Under the pieces are notes generated by a model. That model ran no database searches and was not told the origin of the DNA. It was given only the letters and a program-made list of their open reading frames with translations. From a virus (Duplodnaviria > Heunggongvirae > Uroviricota > Caudoviricetes): DNA of 64,000 bases. The stretch lies in IMG/VR virus record IMGVR_UViG_2740892219_000010, positions 15,486 to 79,485 of that record; one strand, given 5' to 3'. The translations under genes were made by a program, and so were the position numbers. This document shows, piece after piece, positions 60,099 through 64,000 of the stretch; within the stretch, counting starts at the first letter, position 1, and the number at the start of each line of letters is the position of its first letter.

Positions 60099-60253
60099 AG
60101 TTAGCCCCTTGTATCCGTTAAATGATTCGGCAACAATCATCACCCACCACGCGCGTAATCTCATCCCTGCGCCGTTCTTGCCGCCCGGCGACAACAAAAA
60201 GCAGTAACCCCGCCCGCACACACATGCGACCATGCTGCACAGGGAGGGAGCCG

Positions 60254-61354
60254 ATGATTGACACCACCATGCAACTGTTCAACCAGAGTACTGACCCCGT
60301 GAAGATGCCTGATTTTGATATTCTCGCGGAGGGGAAAACGCTGTCCGGTGTGGCAGAACGCCTGATGAGCCTGTCACTGACCGACAACCGGGGATTTGAA
60401 GCAGACCAGCTCACCATCACGCTGGATGATGCTGATGGTCAGTTGCAGTTGCCGCCACGGGGCGCTCGCCTGACGGTTCTCATTGGCTGGAAAGGCGAAC
60501 CGCTGACAGAAAAAGGCACTTACATTGTTGATGAAATTGCTCATGAAGGACCGCCCGACAGACTGACCATTTCAGCCAGAAGCGCAGATTTTCGGGATGA
60601 ATTTAACGTCAAGCGCGAAGTATCCTGGCATGATGTAACCGTTGAACGCGTGGTGTCTGCAATTGCTCACCGATACGGCCTGAAACCGCAAATCAGCGAA
60701 ATGCTGATGGATATTGAAATCGACCACGCTGACCAGACCGAAGAAAGCGACATGTCCTTCCTTACACGCATGGCGGAAATGCTGGGCGCAATCACCACGG
60801 TAAAAAGCGGTAATCTGTTATTCATCATGCCAGGTGGTGGCGTGAACGCGCAGGGAAAACCATTGCCATCGTTTGCCATCACACGCAGCAGCGGCGATCG
60901 CCATCAGTTTCGCATTGCTGACCGCGAGGCGTATACAGGTGTACGCGCCTACTGGCTTGATCTTAATTACGGGAAAAAGAAAAAAGTCAGCGTGAAACGC
61001 CGCAAACCGAAAAAGGAGAAAAGCAGCAGCCGGGAAGGCGACTATATGGCAGGCGCGGAAGGCAACGTGTTTGTGTTACGCAAGACTTATCAGAACGAGC
61101 AGGCAGCAAGACGCGCAGCGGCGGCAAAGTGGCAGCAGCTACAACGCGGAGCCGCATCATTCTCCATCACGCTGGCACGTGGTCGCGCTGAACTCTACCC
61201 CGAAATGCATGGCACGGTGGCAGGCTTTAAAAGCGACATCGACAATCAGGACTGGATTATTGCAAAAGTTGAGCATTCTATTGATAACAGTGGCTTTACC
61301 ACACAGCTTGAGCTTGAAGCAAAAATCCCGGAATGGATAGCAGAAACAGAGTGA
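60254..61354 (+). CDS. D: Tail protein gpD-like
   Basis: ATG 60254 with RBS agggagggag; 366 aa, P2 D size; upstream of ogr. Confidence 0.75.
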   Translation: MIDTTMQLFNQSTDPVKMPDFDILAEGKTLSGVAERLMSLSLTDNRGFEADQLTITLDDADGQLQLPPRGARLTVLIGWKGEPLTEKGTYIVDEIAHEGPPDRLTISARSADFRDEFNVKREVSWHDVTVERVVSAIAHRYGLKPQISEMLMDIEIDHADQTEESDMSFLTRMAEMLGAITTVKSGNLLFIMPGGGVNAQGKPLPSFAITRSSGDRHQFRIADREAYTGVRAYWLDLNYGKKKKVSVKRRKPKKEKSSSREGDYMAGAEGNVFVLRKTYQNEQAARRAAAAKWQQLQRGAASFSITLARGRAELYPEMHGTVAGFKSDIDNQDWIIAKVEHSIDNSGFTTQLELEAKIPEWIAETE

Positions 61355-61395
61355 GCAACTTAGAATAGCGGCAGCACTACGTTAAGGGGGTTGCC

Positions 61396-61656
61396 ATGTT
61401 CCGTTGTCCGCTTTGTGGCGCATCTGCCCGTATCCGCACCAGTCGTTCGGAAAATGATTCAGATACCGTACGGAAAAAATATTACCAGTGTAACAACCTG
61501 GAATGCGGCGTATGCTTCTCAACACTGGAGGCTTTCCATAAATTCACATCGAAACACGCCCCCGGCGTTCACTCTTCAGAGGGCATCCCGTGGAATGAGC
61601 TACCAGCTTCACACAGGGGAAACAACCAGATGAGTTTGCCCTTACCTCAGAATTAA
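61396..61656 (+). CDS. ogr: Ogr/Delta-type zinc-finger late-gene activator
   Basis: MFRCPLCGASARIRTSR...YYQCNNLEC parallels recalled P2 Ogr (MFHCPLC..RTSRY..YHQCQN). Confidence 0.8.
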   Translation: MFRCPLCGASARIRTSRSENDSDTVRKKYYQCNNLECGVCFSTLEAFHKFTSKHAPGVHSSEGIPWNELPASHRGNNQMSLPLPQN

Positions 61657-61846
61657 CAGGCTGAATTGCCGGAGTAACAAAAAAGCGATAAATTACGCGC
61701 GGGTGCCTTTCGGCTGATGGCTGGAGGGAATACCCGAAGGCCAGATGTGGAAAGGCCCCGGAAAACATTTCTGTTTAACCGAGGCCCTGACCATCTAACC
61801 TTAGCAAGTGATAGGTTAGCGCCTCCCCAAAAAAGGAGCAAGCGCT

Positions 61847-61987
61847 ATGTCGCAAAAATCGCTTATGGCCATCACGTTCTGCGTGACGGTAATCCTCATC
61901 ATCTGGATGCTGCACGGTTCGCTGTGTGAAATACGGATGAGCTTCTGGGGAGCGGAGTTTGCGGCGTTCTTACAGTGTAAGCAGTAA
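61847..61987 (+). CDS. hok: Hok/Gef-family type I toxin
   Basis: 46 aa MSQKSLMAITFCVTVILIIWMLHGSLCEIRMSFWGAEFAAFLQCKQ; SLCEIR and E.AAF match recalled Hok; overlapping mok-like frame 61717-61929; RBS aaaaaggag. Confidence 0.7.
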   Translation: MSQKSLMAITFCVTVILIIWMLHGSLCEIRMSFWGAEFAAFLQCKQ

Positions 61988-62076
61988 GGAAACCGCGACG
62001 GGGGAGCAATCCCCCGTCAATCGGTTGCTAAGGCTGGCCGAAGTGGCACCCTATCCCATGGACACAAACAAGAAAA

Positions 62077-62107
62077 CCCGCAGCGTAAAAACTGCGGGTT
62101 TTCTTTT
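62077..62107 (+). terminator. Intrinsic terminator downstream of hok-like gene
   Basis: cccgcag-cgtaaaaa-ctgcggg followed by ttttctttt. Confidence 0.7.
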
Positions 62108-62178
62108 GGAGCTCTCACTTAGCTAAGGTACCGTTAACAACACACATAATGCTCGCAAAACAAACCAGTTAAAAGTGA

Positions 62179-62460
62179 TTACTCAGCATTCTCCTGCTTC
62201 CATTGCCGGATCATTTCATCCGTAACATCACTCTCATAACATACCACGTCATACCCTCCAGTACGGCTATATGCACTGCGTCTACCACATCTACTACCAT
62301 TCCTTGCATGATTATAAGGACACGCACAATTGCCTGGATACGATTCAATGGATTCTTTAATTATTTCTTTCTTGATCTGAGCATCAGACTTTCCTGTTGC
62401 TGCATACCCACTAAAAGATACCAAACAAAAACAGATTGCCATTAATAAACCACATCGCAT
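62179..62460 (-). CDS. Hypothetical small secreted Cys-containing protein (cargo)
   Basis: Start taken at MRCGLLMAICF; hydrophobic signal-like N-terminus; AT-rich. Confidence 0.4.
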   Translation of the reverse strand: MRCGLLMAICFCLVSFSGYAATGKSDAQIKKEIIKESIESYPGNCACPYNHARNGSRCGRRSAYSRTGGYDVVCYESDVTDEMIRQWKQENAE

Positions 62461-62928
62461 ACCGATACACTCTATTACTAACCAATCATAACCCACATCA
62501 TAAAATCGAGATGTGGAGTACAACACCTTTAACAAGAAGGTGTCATAACGATAATATGCCGTGCAATTCATCAAAAAAAAGATCTATATCAAAGAGATAG
62601 AGCTCTTATCAGTGCTGCAGACATCGGCATTCGAGGCAGCAGAAAAACAGTAAATCTGACGAATTTGCCTTTTCTCAGGATGTTGTCAGATTAAAAAAGA
62701 CAGATTAGCGCAGGTACCTTTTGGTGGATGGCGGGAGGAAAAATGAAGTCGAGTGGAAAAATCCCAGAAAAATTTTTGTTTAACCGAGGTCCTAGTTCAC
62801 TATGCGAAATACGGAGGAGCTGCAGGAGAATTCGGCTTCATCCTTAGAGTTTAAACAGCACGTGCACTACTATTGTTTCTGCATATCGCCACACCATCGC
62901 CACTCCACCGCCATTGCACAAAATACAA

Positions 62929-63054
62929 ATACAAAAAAACCACCCGAAGGTGGTTTCACGACACTGCTTATTGCTTTGATTTTATTCTTATCTTCCCCAT
63001 GGTACCCGGAGCGGGACTTGAACCCGCACAGCGCGAACGCCGAGGGATTTTAAA
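62929..63054. repeat. att direct repeat copy 2 (126 bp), overlapping the 3-prime half of intact tRNA-Leu
   Basis: 125/126 identical to 28088-28213. Confidence 0.9.
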
Positions 63055-63086
63055 TCCCTTGTGTCTACCGATTCCACCATCCGGGC
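63000..63086 (-). tRNA. leuZ: tRNA-Leu
   Basis: 87-nt minus-strand sequence, reverse complement matches recalled E. coli leuZ including 3-prime CCA. Confidence 0.9.
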
Positions 63087-63097
63087 TCGGGAAAAAT

Positions 63098-63171
63098 TGG
63101 AGGCGCGTTCCGGAGTCGAACCGGACTAGACGGATTTGCAATCCGCTACATAACCGCTTTGTTAACGCGCC
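63098..63171 (-). tRNA. cysT: tRNA-Cys
   Basis: 74 nt, reverse complement matches recalled E. coli tRNA-Cys. Confidence 0.9.
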
Positions 63172-63224
63172 AAATTCTTCAGGCTTTTCAGCCAGACATC
63201 CGCCTGAGCCGATGTCTTTTAAAC

Positions 63225-63300
<76 letters not shown>

Positions 63301-63451
63301 ATTCATCAAGCAATCAGTTAATCACTTGATTTTATTATCGTCTGGCAATCAGTGCCGCCGTTCGATGCGTTGCATTCTACTTACCTGGCGCGATGAGTCA
63401 ACGATATTTTTCACCACTTTTGATCGTTTGCTGAAATTTGCGTCGAAACGA

Positions 63452-64000
63452 TCACTGATCAAGCAAATCCGCTCGTGCAGCGCTCAAATATTGCAACATT
63501 GACCATAGGGTCAGTACTGCAGCCACGAAGAAAAGTGCAATCCCCGCGTACTCAACCCAAATGTTTGGACGCCACAACAGCCAGGCCAACGCCACCATTT
63601 GCGCCGTGGTTTTCACTTTACCAATCCAGGAGACAGCCACGCTACTGCGTTTACCCAGCTCCGCCATCCACTCGCGCAGTGCAGAAATGATAATTTCACG
63701 GGCAATCATCGTTGCCGCCGGTAAAGTCACCCACCAGCTATGGTAATGCTCAGTTACCAACACCATCGCAATGGCGACCAGCACTTTATCCGCTACCGGA
63801 TCAAGAAAAGCGCCAAAACGGGTACTCTGGTTCCAGCGCCGGGCCAGAAAACCATCAAACCAGTCAGTCACCGCCGCGACGCAAAAAATGAGTGCGGCAG
63901 CAAACGGCGACCAGGTGACAGGCAGATAAAAGACCAATACAAAGAATGGGATAAGGATGACACGGAACAGTGTGAGCAACGTAGGGATATTAAATTGCAT
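63452..64000 (-). CDS. pgsA: CDP-diacylglycerol--glycerol-3-phosphate 3-phosphatidyltransferase
   Basis: 182 aa ORF matching recalled E. coli PgsA; start ATG at window end; expected neighbour of the glyW-cysT-leuZ cluster. Confidence 0.9.

Noticed and set aside
62802-63053. 83-aa plus-strand ORF as a gene
   Set aside because: It runs through the degenerate hok-like remnant and into the antisense strand of tRNA-Leu and the att repeat; most likely not a real coding sequence.

Overview
The window reads as an enterobacterial (E. coli-like) chromosome at the leuZ-cysT-glyW-pgsA locus, carrying two prophages back to back. Positions 1 to about 28087 are the right-hand part of a lambdoid prophage whose left end lies outside the window: lambda-like portal, W, terminase A and Nu1 on the minus strand, a lysis cassette, a Q-like gene, a nin-type region, DnaB-like helicase, replication organiser, YdaS/YdaT-like and repressor genes, an early-left operon, a xis-like gene and a tyrosine integrase. 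Positions 28214 to 62928 are a complete P2-like prophage bounded by a 126-bp direct repeat (28088-28213 and 62929-63054) that contains the last 55 nt of tRNA-Leu. Most prophage genes are ordinary; the interesting content is cargo at known phage hotspots. The three strongest candidates are: a macro-domain protein inserted between tail fibre H and chaperone G with a His-rich fibre-like tail; a ParM/ParR-like module plus two unknown genes between replication gene A and portal Q; and a 4.5-kb cassette island in the lambdoid nin region, bounded by 68-bp direct repeats and punctuated by four copies of a ~65-bp hairpin repeat, that includes a GIY-YIG nuclease. All calls rest on reading the ORF translations and on recalled family motifs; no database search was run, so family names are provisional.
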